A stretch of 64,000 bases of DNA from Ignavibacteria bacterium (GTDB taxonomy: Bacteria > Bacteroidota > Ignavibacteria > Tepidaquicellales > OLB5): the NCBI GenBank assembly GCA_041917655.1, contig JAYRXC010000013.1, positions 11,886 to 75,885 of the forward strand, written 5' to 3'. Below, piece by piece: positions 18,611 to 26,739 of this stretch (positions within the stretch are counted from its first letter, which is position 1; each line of letters begins with the position of its first letter). The notes beneath the pieces were generated by a model, which was not told the DNA's origin, searched no databases, and was given only the letters and a program-made list of their open reading frames with translations. A program made the position numbers and the translations under genes.

Positions 18611-19708
18611 ATGGAAATTGCAGTATTTATAATATTAAGCCTCTACCTGCTGATGCATTGTATAATGTTCATCGGCGTGCTGGTTAATACCCAAAAGCCT
18701 CAATCATCCAAATTTGAGCCAAGGGTATCGATAGTTATCTGCGCAAGGAATGAAGAGTCGAGTATTGAAGCATGTATCCTTTCGCTGCTGAATCTGGATT
18801 ACCCTAAAAACAAGCTTGAAGTACTGCTGGTTAATGACAGGTCTGATGACAGGACCAAAGAGATAATGAATCAACACGCGGCAATGAACCCCTGCCTTAA
18901 ATATTTTGAGATCACCGAAACTTCCGGTAAGCTGAAGGGTAAAGCAAATGCATTGGCGCAGGCGCTCAAACACACTAGCGGCGAAGTTATATTCACAACT
19001 GATGCGGATATAGAAGTTAACCCGAACTGGGTGCGGCGTATTCTGGATTATTACGATACCAAAACCGGCGTAGTTGCGGGATACTCGGTAATCAAGCCTA
19101 AAGGATTGTTTGGCGGGCTGCAATCAGCTGACTGGCTGTACCTGCTTACTATTGCAGCAGGCGGTGATGGCATCGGCGTGCCGATAAGCTGTGTAGGCAA
19201 TAATATGTCATACATCAAGAAGGCATACGATGAAATAGGCGGCTACGAGAATATAAAATTCTCGATAACTGAAGACTTTTTACTGCTGCAAAAAATACAT
19301 AAGGATACAGAGTATAAAAAGACACATTTCCCCGTTGATGACGATACCAAAAATATTACTTTTGCGTGCCCTGACCTTACAACGCTGTTTAGGCAGAAGA
19401 AGCGCTGGGCAATGGGCGGAATGGGTGAGTTCAATTTAGGAATTGTTGTAGGCATGTTCTCATGGCTGATGGGCGCGGTAATACTTACCGGCTGGGCGTT
19501 CATGAGTTTGGAGTCATACCTGCTGTTTGTTTTCTCAAAGCTTGTTGCAGATACAATATTCCTTCTGCCTGCGATAAAAGAATTCCGTTTATACAGGGTG
19601 CTGCTTTATATGCCGCTGTATGAAGTGTATTTCGCGATGTATGTGATTATAACCTCAATCCTCCTTGCGATAGACAGAAAAGTGATCTGGAAAGACCAAA
19701 AGATCTGA
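18611..19708 (+). CDS. membrane-embedded processive family-2 glycosyltransferase (beta-glycan synthase type)
   Basis: N-terminal TM helix. Motifs 'VSIVICARNEE', 'LVNDRSDD', 'TTDADIEV' (DxD), 'ITEDF' (TED) and 'QKKRW' (QxxRW). Several C-terminal TM helices. Confidence 0.8.
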   Translation: MEIAVFIILSLYLLMHCIMFIGVLVNTQKPQSSKFEPRVSIVICARNEESSIEACILSLLNLDYPKNKLEVLLVNDRSDDRTKEIMNQHAAMNPCLKYFEITETSGKLKGKANALAQALKHTSGEVIFTTDADIEVNPNWVRRILDYYDTKTGVVAGYSVIKPKGLFGGLQSADWLYLLTIAAGGDGIGVPISCVGNNMSYIKKAYDEIGGYENIKFSITEDFLLLQKIHKDTEYKKTHFPVDDDTKNITFACPDLTTLFRQKKRWAMGGMGEFNLGIVVGMFSWLMGAVILTGWAFMSLESYLLFVFSKLVADTIFLLPAIKEFRLYRVLLYMPLYEVYFAMYVIITSILLAIDRKVIWKDQKI

Positions 19709-19722
19709 GAAAAATTATTGTC

Positions 19723-19996
19723 ATTCCTGCCTGCCAAGCTCCGCATGGCGTAGGCAGGAATCTTAAGAGATATATCTTAAAAGCTCAACAGGAGACGACC
19801 CACCCATGCCTGCGGCTTGGCAGGCGGGTCGTCTCTACACGTTAATCTTTGATACCGAAATTCTTTGTAGTATACCTATTAACCCCGGTATTTATGCCGG
19901 GGATTAAGAGGCGAGAAGTATACTAGCTTGATTACCCTCCCCTTTGGGGAGGGCAGCACCGAAGGTGCGGGAGGGGTCTGTAGCCAGGAGGGTATC
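19723..19996. repeat. cluster of at least five GC-rich hairpin (REP-like) elements between convergent genes
   Basis: ATTCCTGCCT(19723-32)/AGGCAGGAAT(19752-61). GAGACGACCC(19792-801)/GGGTCGTCTC(19826-35). CCCCGG(19883-88)/CCGGGG(19897-902). CCCTCCCC(19935-42)/GGGGAGGG(19946-53). GCACC/GGTGC(19956-68). Outer TACCCTCC(19933-40)/GGAGGGTA(19987-94). Confidence 0.6.
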
Positions 19997-20012
19997 TTTC
20001 TCATCAGCACAT

Positions 20013-20044
20013 AAAAAAAGGTGCCGGAAATCAATCCGGCACCT
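20013..20044 (-). terminator. rho-independent terminator of the 20074..20451 gene
   Basis: AGGTGCCGGA (20019-28) / TCCGGCACCT (20035-44). The A-run at 20013-20019 gives a T-run on the minus strand. Confidence 0.6.
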
Positions 20045-20073
20045 ATAAACTCAAACGATTACTGTAATACTAA

Positions 20074-20451
20074 TTAATCATAATACGATGTAACCTCATC
20101 ACCAAGAAATTTTATCGTCCATGCAACCACCCCGATATCATCAAGATACCCGAGCAGCGGCGCGAAATCCGGCATAACATCCAGCGGCATTACAAAGTAA
20201 ACAAGTGCCGCTATTACCACCGATTTCCTGTACCACTTCACATCCTTATCCATCATATAACGCTTCAGCGCTTTAAGATGGCTTATTATTTTGAATATGC
20301 TTTTCTTATTCTTTACAATTTTCCTGTCAACATTTGTCTCAAGCTCAAGCTCTTCATCCCTTGTGAGCGGCCTGGTTGGATAATAATCCTGCAGCAGTTC
20401 CATTGTATTGTTATCTGAATTGTAATTATCAGTTGTTAAGTTATTCTTCAT
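20074..20451 (-). CDS. DUF1232 (YkvA-like) membrane protein
   Basis: 'VIAALVYFVMPLDVMPDFAPLLGYLDDIGVVAW' is the characteristic DUF1232 block. Confidence 0.7.
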   Translation of the reverse strand: MKNNLTTDNYNSDNNTMELLQDYYPTRPLTRDEELELETNVDRKIVKNKKSIFKIISHLKALKRYMMDKDVKWYRKSVVIAALVYFVMPLDVMPDFAPLLGYLDDIGVVAWTIKFLGDEVTSYYD

Positions 20452-21137
20452 GGTATAAATACACCTATTAAGTTCAGGTACGGTTTTGATACAAATGTGA
20501 TAATTGACATGAAAACCTGCGAAAAGCCGGGTACAAAGTTAAACAGCGCAAGCAGTATAAATATTCCCATAAAACCTATGCTGCGGTAGCGCATTGCAAG
20601 CTCATCAGGCAGCAGGTTAGCCAGCACGTGCGAGCCGTCTAATGGCGGAATGGGAATCATATTAAAGACTGCCAGGGAAACGTTCAGCAGTACACCCGCG
20701 TAAAACATTTTGAACATGTAGTTTATGAACTCAAATGAAAACGAGCCTTCCGCCGGGGCGGCTGCCGCACTGATATAATATATAGCTACCACTAATAAAG
20801 AACACAGAAGCGCTATAATAAGATTCGAAATCGGGCCGGCTATTGTTACCAATGTATCATCACGCTTGAAATTGCTGAAGTTACGCGGATCTATAGGCAC
20901 AGGCTTAGCCCATGCAATGAACACTCTCCCGGTAGCTATGATAGAAAAAAGCGGGATAATTATAGACCCGAATAGATCAATATGAGGTATGGGGTTCAGC
21001 GTGATCCTCCCCAGATCTTTGGCAGTGGTATCGCCGCACTTCAGTGCAACCCAGGCATGAGCCATTTCGTGTATCACTACAGAAAAGATAAGGATCGGGA
21101 TTATATAAATGTTTTCAGCGTACGATCTAAGATCCAT
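20448..21137 (-). CDS. site-2 protease family (M50) membrane metalloprotease
   Basis: 'VVIHEMAHAW' (HExxH within a TM helix) and 'FNMIPIPPLDGSHV' (the second M50 motif). Polytopic. Confidence 0.8.
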   Translation of the reverse strand: MDLRSYAENIYIIPILIFSVVIHEMAHAWVALKCGDTTAKDLGRITLNPIPHIDLFGSIIIPLFSIIATGRVFIAWAKPVPIDPRNFSNFKRDDTLVTIAGPISNLIIALLCSLLVVAIYYISAAAAPAEGSFSFEFINYMFKMFYAGVLLNVSLAVFNMIPIPPLDGSHVLANLLPDELAMRYRSIGFMGIFILLALFNFVPGFSQVFMSIITFVSKPYLNLIGVFIP

Positions 21138-21862
21138 CAGAACTTTATCACCGGGAATTTAGTTTTGGTGGTAACTCCAATGAACGAATTATTTTTCATG
21201 TAGTTATATTTCACCGAAAAATCGAGTATAAATATCGTAAAGCCGAATCCTGCTCCAACGCTTATTTTTGATTCGGTTGCCGGCAATCCGTCAAACGATC
21301 TGCCGTCATCAAACTCTCTTTTGATGTTATTGCTCTTCACATCAATGCTCAGAAACGGCATCGTAAATGATGATCTGAAGAGCTTCGCCATTGAGTAATC
21401 GATATTTAAGCCGAATGAAAGTATCTTTGTCTTAAAGCTTGAAAGCAGATTAATGGTCTTGAATTCATCCGGCGCATTGTAAGAAAAGTAATCTACTTCT
21501 CCGCCGATAACGAAGGGGAATATTCCCGTTGATGAGAACTCAAGCCTGCCTAATATCCCGAACGTAGGATTCGCCGTTTCGTTAAATACATTCATCGGCA
21601 CATTTATACCGCCGCCGAGTCCAAGAAAAATAGCACTAATGGATTTTCTTCCTGTGGTCTTAACCACAACTGAATCCATAAACCGGCTGCCTGGTCTGCT
21701 TACACTGCTTACATTAAACAAATTAGCTGCCGGCGGGTATTGTTGAGTGAAAGCATGCTTCCTGTAGCCTGTAACATAATTGCCGCTCTGTGCAAACAGC
21801 TGCACAGTAACCGCGAAAGCCGCTAGAATAATAAAATACCTGGGTAGTGGGCTGTTAAACAA
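21137..21862 (-). CDS. putative outer-membrane beta-barrel protein
   Basis: Signal peptide 'ILAAFAVTVQLFAQ', alternating hydrophobic pattern and a C-terminal Phe ('PVIKF'). Confidence 0.45.
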   Translation of the reverse strand: MFNSPLPRYFIILAAFAVTVQLFAQSGNYVTGYRKHAFTQQYPPAANLFNVSSVSRPGSRFMDSVVVKTTGRKSISAIFLGLGGGINVPMNVFNETANPTFGILGRLEFSSTGIFPFVIGGEVDYFSYNAPDEFKTINLLSSFKTKILSFGLNIDYSMAKLFRSSFTMPFLSIDVKSNNIKREFDDGRSFDGLPATESKISVGAGFGFTIFILDFSVKYNYMKNNSFIGVTTKTKFPVIKF

Positions 21863-21866
21863 GTTA

Positions 21867-22715
21867 TTATTTTATTAAGTATTTAGAAAGAAGCTTCATA
21901 ATTTTTACGGAATCGCCGTGTGAGAGGCTTTTCTTTTCTAACGAAAGTTTTACTGTTTCAATTCCCATTAATAAGTACACTGAAAGCACGTCTTTACTGC
22001 CGCGGCTGAGCGCTTTGAGGTGCTTTTCGATAGTTATCATATCATTGCGTTCAAACGGCCCGGTAAGTGAATCAATAGTGCCGCTTTTGGCAATATTTTT
22101 CAGCGATTGCATCGCCAACGGCATATATATGTTGAAAAAAGAGAGATTTTTAAACCCATTAATTCGTATCTTTTTGCTGATAATCTTCTCGATCTGCCTG
22201 TTTAACGCAGCTAGAAAGTTTGATGCGATCACACAGCAAATGTGATGGTAAACCTTGTTCTCTTTCTTAATCGCAAACGCTTTTGCACCAAGAATGCGGC
22301 TTATTCGTTCACCTGCTTTTTTCGCAGCGGGCACAGCTTCGAGCGCGATATAAATTTCTTTGAATCTTCCCGCATCTTTGCGAACGCGTTTTTCAAATGT
22401 CTGCACCGGGTGGAATGAACCTGTATGAGCACCTTTTGCAGAGAGTATTTTTAACTCATCAGAAGTTAGCGAGCCTGAAGCGTGGAAAATGATCTTCTTC
22501 TTGATTGATGCACCGCTGGATGCTATTTGTTTCACAGCGGCAGGTATTTGAGAATCCCGCGTGCAGATAAAGATCAAGTCCGCTGATTCAATACTTTCCG
22601 CTGATATTTTCTCGCGGGATGACCTGACTGCTTTGAGCTTTATTCCTTTATTGCCCCTGAGCGCATAGTAAAGATTCGACCCAAGCTTTCCGAAACCGAT
22701 TATCAGAATCTTCAA
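21867..22715 (-). CDS. Rossmann-fold oxidoreductase-like protein (DUF2520-type)
   Basis: N-terminal 'MKILIIGFGKLGSNL' dinucleotide-binding motif. Length and C-terminal helical domain are consistent with what I recall of Rossmann-like/DUF2520 proteins. Confidence 0.55.
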   Translation of the reverse strand: MKILIIGFGKLGSNLYYALRGNKGIKLKAVRSSREKISAESIESADLIFICTRDSQIPAAVKQIASSGASIKKKIIFHASGSLTSDELKILSAKGAHTGSFHPVQTFEKRVRKDAGRFKEIYIALEAVPAAKKAGERISRILGAKAFAIKKENKVYHHICCVIASNFLAALNRQIEKIISKKIRINGFKNLSFFNIYMPLAMQSLKNIAKSGTIDSLTGPFERNDMITIEKHLKALSRGSKDVLSVYLLMGIETVKLSLEKKSLSHGDSVKIMKLLSKYLIK

Positions 22716-22719
22716 TTTT

Positions 22720-23178
22720 CTATTGGTACTCGCTTTTACTTTTCAGAATAATTGTCACAGGGCCATCATTAATAAGCTTAACTTTCATCATTGAGCCGAA
22801 TTCGCCTTTATGCACGCGGCCCGGACCCAGCAGCTTGTGCAATTCCTGCAGGTAATACTCATACAGGTACTCCGCAGTTTTCGGGTCAGCAGCTTCTGTG
22901 AAGCTTGGCCTGTTGCCGTGCCGTGTATCGGCATGCAGTGTGAACTGGGATACAACCAGTATATCCAGCCCGTTATCAAGCAGCGAAATGTTCATCTTGC
23001 CTTCTTCATCCTGGAATATCCTATGATTCACGGTTTTGGCCGCCAGATACATAGCGTCGTTTTCTGTATCAAATTGCTTCACGCCCAGCAGCACAAGCAG
23101 CCCGCCGCGGATACTATCCACCAGCTCCGAGTTTACTGTTACGCTTGCTTCTGCAGCCCTTTGTATTAATGCTATCAT
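22720..23178 (-). CDS. dtd: D-aminoacyl-tRNA deacylase
   Basis: 'MIALIQRA..ASV.V......I..GLLVLLGV...D' and 'VSQFTL.ADT..G.RPSF' are Dtd signatures. Confidence 0.9.
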   Translation of the reverse strand: MIALIQRAAEASVTVNSELVDSIRGGLLVLLGVKQFDTENDAMYLAAKTVNHRIFQDEEGKMNISLLDNGLDILVVSQFTLHADTRHGNRPSFTEAADPKTAEYLYEYYLQELHKLLGPGRVHKGEFGSMMKVKLINDGPVTIILKSKSEYQ

Positions 23179-23194
23179 GTATTCCTGTATTCTC

Positions 23195-24058
23195 TTAGTT
23201 GAAATCTGCTATCAAAACCCGCGGTATCTTGATCAGGTCTTCTGCGATACGGTAATTTGTGATTCCATTTTCTTTCAGCAGATCTTCTATTTTTCCTGCT
23301 TTACCATCGCCAAGCTCTGCGAATAATACCGGCTTTCTTTCCGCATTCCGGCAAAGCTGTATCAGCCGCCTGTAAAACACCAGCCCGTCTGCGTTATCGG
23401 TAAGCGCAGCCTTCGGTTCGTAAAGCTTCACTTCGTCATCAACTGTATTCATCTCATCTGCGGGTATGTAAGGCGGATTAGACATCACAACGTCATAATT
23501 GCTGAGATCCGGCTCATCGTTCAGGGCATCTTTGGTATAGAATGAAATTTTATCAGTGGTATTGTTCAGGTCTGAGTTTTCTTTAGCAATTTGTAAGGCA
23601 TCAGTGCTTATATCGATCGCGTCAATTTTGCAGTCGGTGTTTGCCGCAACTGCTATGGCTAAACACCCCGAACCTGTTCCAATATCAAGTACCCTTTTGC
23701 TGCCGGTTTCTTTAAGGTGCTTCAGGACTTCTTCAACTAGCAGCTCGGTTTCCTGGCGGGGGATAAGAACTGACGGAGAAACATTAAAGTTCAGCCCGTA
23801 AAATTCAGTTTTACCCAGTATGTACTGAATTGGCTCGTGCTTCAGCCTTCTTTTTACATGTTCCCTGAATGCTGCAAGCTCAATGGCTGTCAGCGGTTTT
23901 TCGAAATCCAGGTAAAGCTCAATGCGCCGGCATTTCAGCACATAGGCAAGCAAAAGCTCTGCATTCAGCCGCGGATTCTTTATCCCTTTACCGGCAAAAG
24001 CTGATTCAGTTACCTTAAGGATCTCGAGGACATGCCATACTTTTAAAGCCTGCTCCAT
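23195..24058 (-). CDS. prmC: release-factor glutamine N5-methyltransferase
   Basis: 'EPIQYILGKTEFYGL.F.V...VLIPR.ETE', SAM motif 'VLDIGTGSGCLAI' and 'VMSNPPYIP'. Confidence 0.85.
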   Translation of the reverse strand: MEQALKVWHVLEILKVTESAFAGKGIKNPRLNAELLLAYVLKCRRIELYLDFEKPLTAIELAAFREHVKRRLKHEPIQYILGKTEFYGLNFNVSPSVLIPRQETELLVEEVLKHLKETGSKRVLDIGTGSGCLAIAVAANTDCKIDAIDISTDALQIAKENSDLNNTTDKISFYTKDALNDEPDLSNYDVVMSNPPYIPADEMNTVDDEVKLYEPKAALTDNADGLVFYRRLIQLCRNAERKPVLFAELGDGKAGKIEDLLKENGITNYRIAEDLIKIPRVLIADFN

Positions 24059-24067
24059 GTTCAGCGT

Positions 24068-25753
24068 TTAATGCTGATAAAGCATCGCTCCGGGGCTCTT
24101 GTTCTCGAACACAACTTCACCCCTAACAATTGTCATTAATATTTTTGCCTTCAGCAGTATGTTTGCATCACCCGAAACTATGTCATCGGAAAGCACCACC
24201 ATATCGGCAAACTTATCCTTTTCCAGTGTGCCTTTTACATCTTCGGCAAAAGATGCATAAGCAGCGTATACTGTGAAGGACTTCAACGCCTCAAGCACAG
24301 TAAGCTTCTGGGCTGTGTTGTTTGCAACCCTGTTAAGCGCCGTATCGAGCGAGAGTCCGCTGGAGAGATAGTACATTACTACCAATGGACTTATCGTATG
24401 ATAAGGAAAATCTGTTCCAGAAATAATAATATTGTTCTGCTTGTAAAGTGTATTCCACAGCCCAAGGTTCTGGCTGTTTTCAGGTTTGATGATATCATTA
24501 AGCACGTACTTATCAGCCAATGTTACTTCGGGGCGGATTGAAGGAATTATCTCCATCTGCTTAATACGCTGCATATCCTGCGGGGTTACAAACTCGAGAT
24601 ACTCAAGCCTTGTTCTGCCGGCCTTGGATTTCACTTCCTTGTTAACCGATTCAATCGCATTCAATGTTTGTGTGAGCGCTCTGTCGCCAACAGTCTTAAC
24701 TGAAACCTGGAAATCCTTTTCGTTTGCCTTCTTCGTCATTTCCTTAATATCGAAATCATCGTTGAAGGGCGTCATGCGTTTCGGGTCTTCGTTATAATCG
24801 TTCTCCATCGCCGCGTCCTGGGTTTCAAAGTAGCCGTCATACTCAAGGCTAAAGCATTTTATGTTTATGCGGTCTTTGTAGTTTTCCGGACCGCTTGACA
24901 CATATTTCTCAAACAGCGGGCCTTTACCGGGTATCATAGCGTACAGGCGGATAGGGAATTTGTTATCATCTACCATTTTTTTATAGACACTTAAACCCTG
25001 TTCGGTAATATTAGCATCGTTGATCTCAGTGATGCCGTATTTGAAGAGCTCATTTATTCCGCGAGTTATGTTGCTCATTACTTCCTGCTCTGAGGGCTGG
25101 GGCAGGACGTTTATTACGAGGCTCTGCGCTGATTCGTAAAAAAGGCCGGTTGGATTGTTGTTATCATCAAACCCGATTGCGCCGTTTTCCGGATCGGGAG
25201 TATCTTTTGTAACCTTGGTGAGGTCTAGAACTTTTTTGTTTACCCATGTTGTGTTGCCGAGAGCGTTAACAAGGTAGATGAACTGCGCTGTTGATGCGCC
25301 GTCGAGAAGAGAGTAATTGAGCCTTTCCAGGTCCTTTTCAGAAAGCTTAAGCTCGTCCCACCCGAAGCCGCCGATCCATTCATCGGGCTTAGAGGTTTTG
25401 GCGCGCTCTTTTACCATCGCTAAGATCTCATCCACTGAGCGTGCATTCCTGAGATCAAGCAGGCTAAGCTGCTTGGAAAACTCCATAAGGTTCGCCTCGG
25501 CATCTATGAAGCCGGGCACAACAGTTTTGCCTTTAAGATCGATAACCTTGGCATCTTTGTATTTTTCGGTCAGCTCGGTGGATTTACCCGTGGCAAGAAT
25601 TTTGCCTTCATAAACCGCGATAGCCTCAACGATGGTATTATTTTTATCCAAGGTATATATTTTTCCGTTTACGTAGATAACTTCAGGCTTTTTGCTGCAG
25701 GAAGCCAAAAATATGCAAAATACAGCCAAAAAAAGGATCTTTAATGCTCTCAT
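24068..25753 (-). CDS. amidohydrolase-family (Amidohydro_3-like) lipoprotein
   Basis: Lipobox 'FLASCSKK'. 'NGKIYTLD....VEAIAV..GKILA.G' start, 'TVVPGFIDAE' and C-terminal 'KFADMVVLS.D' are typical of the family. Confidence 0.75.
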   Translation of the reverse strand: MRALKILFLAVFCIFLASCSKKPEVIYVNGKIYTLDKNNTIVEAIAVYEGKILATGKSTELTEKYKDAKVIDLKGKTVVPGFIDAEANLMEFSKQLSLLDLRNARSVDEILAMVKERAKTSKPDEWIGGFGWDELKLSEKDLERLNYSLLDGASTAQFIYLVNALGNTTWVNKKVLDLTKVTKDTPDPENGAIGFDDNNNPTGLFYESAQSLVINVLPQPSEQEVMSNITRGINELFKYGITEINDANITEQGLSVYKKMVDDNKFPIRLYAMIPGKGPLFEKYVSSGPENYKDRINIKCFSLEYDGYFETQDAAMENDYNEDPKRMTPFNDDFDIKEMTKKANEKDFQVSVKTVGDRALTQTLNAIESVNKEVKSKAGRTRLEYLEFVTPQDMQRIKQMEIIPSIRPEVTLADKYVLNDIIKPENSQNLGLWNTLYKQNNIIISGTDFPYHTISPLVVMYYLSSGLSLDTALNRVANNTAQKLTVLEALKSFTVYAAYASFAEDVKGTLEKDKFADMVVLSDDIVSGDANILLKAKILMTIVRGEVVFENKSPGAMLYQH

Positions 25754-25881
25754 CAGTAGATTTTTTTATTTGCACAAATATAGCTAAATATTCAGGAACG
25801 AAAAATGAAGTAAAATAAGCAGCAAATGGAATCTGTTTATCAGGTTACATCAGGATTCTTTCAAGATTTCAAGCGTGCTCA

Positions 25882-26210
25882 CCTCACCCTCCGAATCCCT
25901 CTCCTGAAAGGAGAGGGAGGGACTTTCCATTGTCAAAACACCGATTGGGATCTCAGATACTCAGAATCAGCCCCGAAAGGGCGGGATATATCAGTGATGG
26001 GCATAGCCCATCGTGTCGAAGTAGAAACATAAGAGCCCTGCAAGGGCGGAATCAATAACTATGTGTGATATCTGGTCACCTTAAGCCCCCCTCCCGGCCT
26101 CCCCTTCGTAAGGGGGAGGAGTGCGCATTTGTTCAATCCGACGCTTTCTATTTGGTAGATTTCAGATTTCCTCCGGTTATCCCGTCCCGTACGGGACGAT
26201 ATATGCAGGT
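25882..26210. repeat. assorted short GC-rich palindromic elements in a 986-bp gene-free region
   Basis: CCTCACCCTCC..CCCTCTCC-TGAAA-GGAGAGGG (25882-25921). GATGGGC-ATA-GCCCATC (25996-26012). CCTCCCC-TTCGTAA-GGGGAGG (~26098-26119). Perfect 16-nt palindrome CGTCCCGTACGGGACG (26183-26198). Confidence 0.6.
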
Positions 26211-26314
26211 GTATTTGTTTTCATATACAAACCCCCGTTGTTGTTTTTCGGAATTTGGGATTAAGATTCAATTGAAGATTGCTTGTTATTCAGAAGAACT
26301 ATCCACCCTTCAGC

Positions 26315-26325
26315 GGGGGGGGGGG
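26315..26325. repeat. G11 homopolymer tract
   Basis: Counted directly: ...TTCAGC GGGGGGGGGGG ACGATTTTTTT. Confidence 0.9.
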
Positions 26326-26449
26326 ACGATTTTTTTGATTTTCGTTTTTCGGTGATTGAACGTGACCCCGGCAATACCAAATTCGCAATGGGGTTTAGGA
26401 TAACAGCATGCTGTACTAAATGAGTTTAATTCGGTTGAGTTTACAAAAG

Positions 26450-26677
26450 CTAAGTACACGACATTAAATAAATAACACTCTAAAACTATGTTAAAAGAAG
26501 TTTCTTTACCCTGGATTTCAATATACTTAACCTCACCCCCCTAACCCCCTCTCCTGACAGGAGAGGGGGAACTGAGAAATTTTTGAGTTTTTTCTCCCCT
26601 CTCCCTTTGGGAGAGGGGCTGGGGGTGAGGGTCGAATGCAAAATTACTGAGTATTTGTTTCACTGTCGTGTACTAAG
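26450..26677. mobile_element. MITE-like element (228 bp) with 14-bp imperfect terminal inverted repeats and a 9-bp target-site duplication
   Basis: Left TIR CTAAGTACACGACA (26450-63). Right TIR TGTCGTGTACTAAG (26664-77), 13/14 complementary. TTACAAAAG directly flanks both ends (26441-49 and 26678-86). No ORF inside. Confidence 0.5.
26531..26630. repeat. 100-nt double-hairpin module, copy 1
   Basis: CCTCACCCCC(26531-40)...GGGGGTGAGG(26621-30) encloses CCCCCTCTCC/GGAGAGGGGG (26545-69) and CCCCTCTCCC/GGGAGAGGGG (26596-618). Same architecture as 42954..43051. Confidence 0.65.
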
Positions 26678-26739
26678 TTACAAAAGCCAGACATATGAAT
26701 TGAATATATTCTAATCCCCAAAATTGATAAATTTGCAAT

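Noticed and set aside
25826-26355. Track ORFs 25826..26032 (68 aa) and 26065..26355 (96 aa) in the long spacer
   Set aside because: Their sequences ('LTLRIPLLKGEGGT', 'PPSRPPLRKGEE', 'IPSRTGRY') are direct translations of GC-rich palindromes and the G11 tract. There are no start-context or coding-periodicity cues, so I treat them as repeat artefacts.
25882-26630. Possible CRISPR array, because several similar hairpin repeats lie close together
   Set aside because: The repeat units differ in sequence and length, occur in both orientations and have irregular spacing (40-400 nt). No cas genes are nearby. They are not CRISPR-like.
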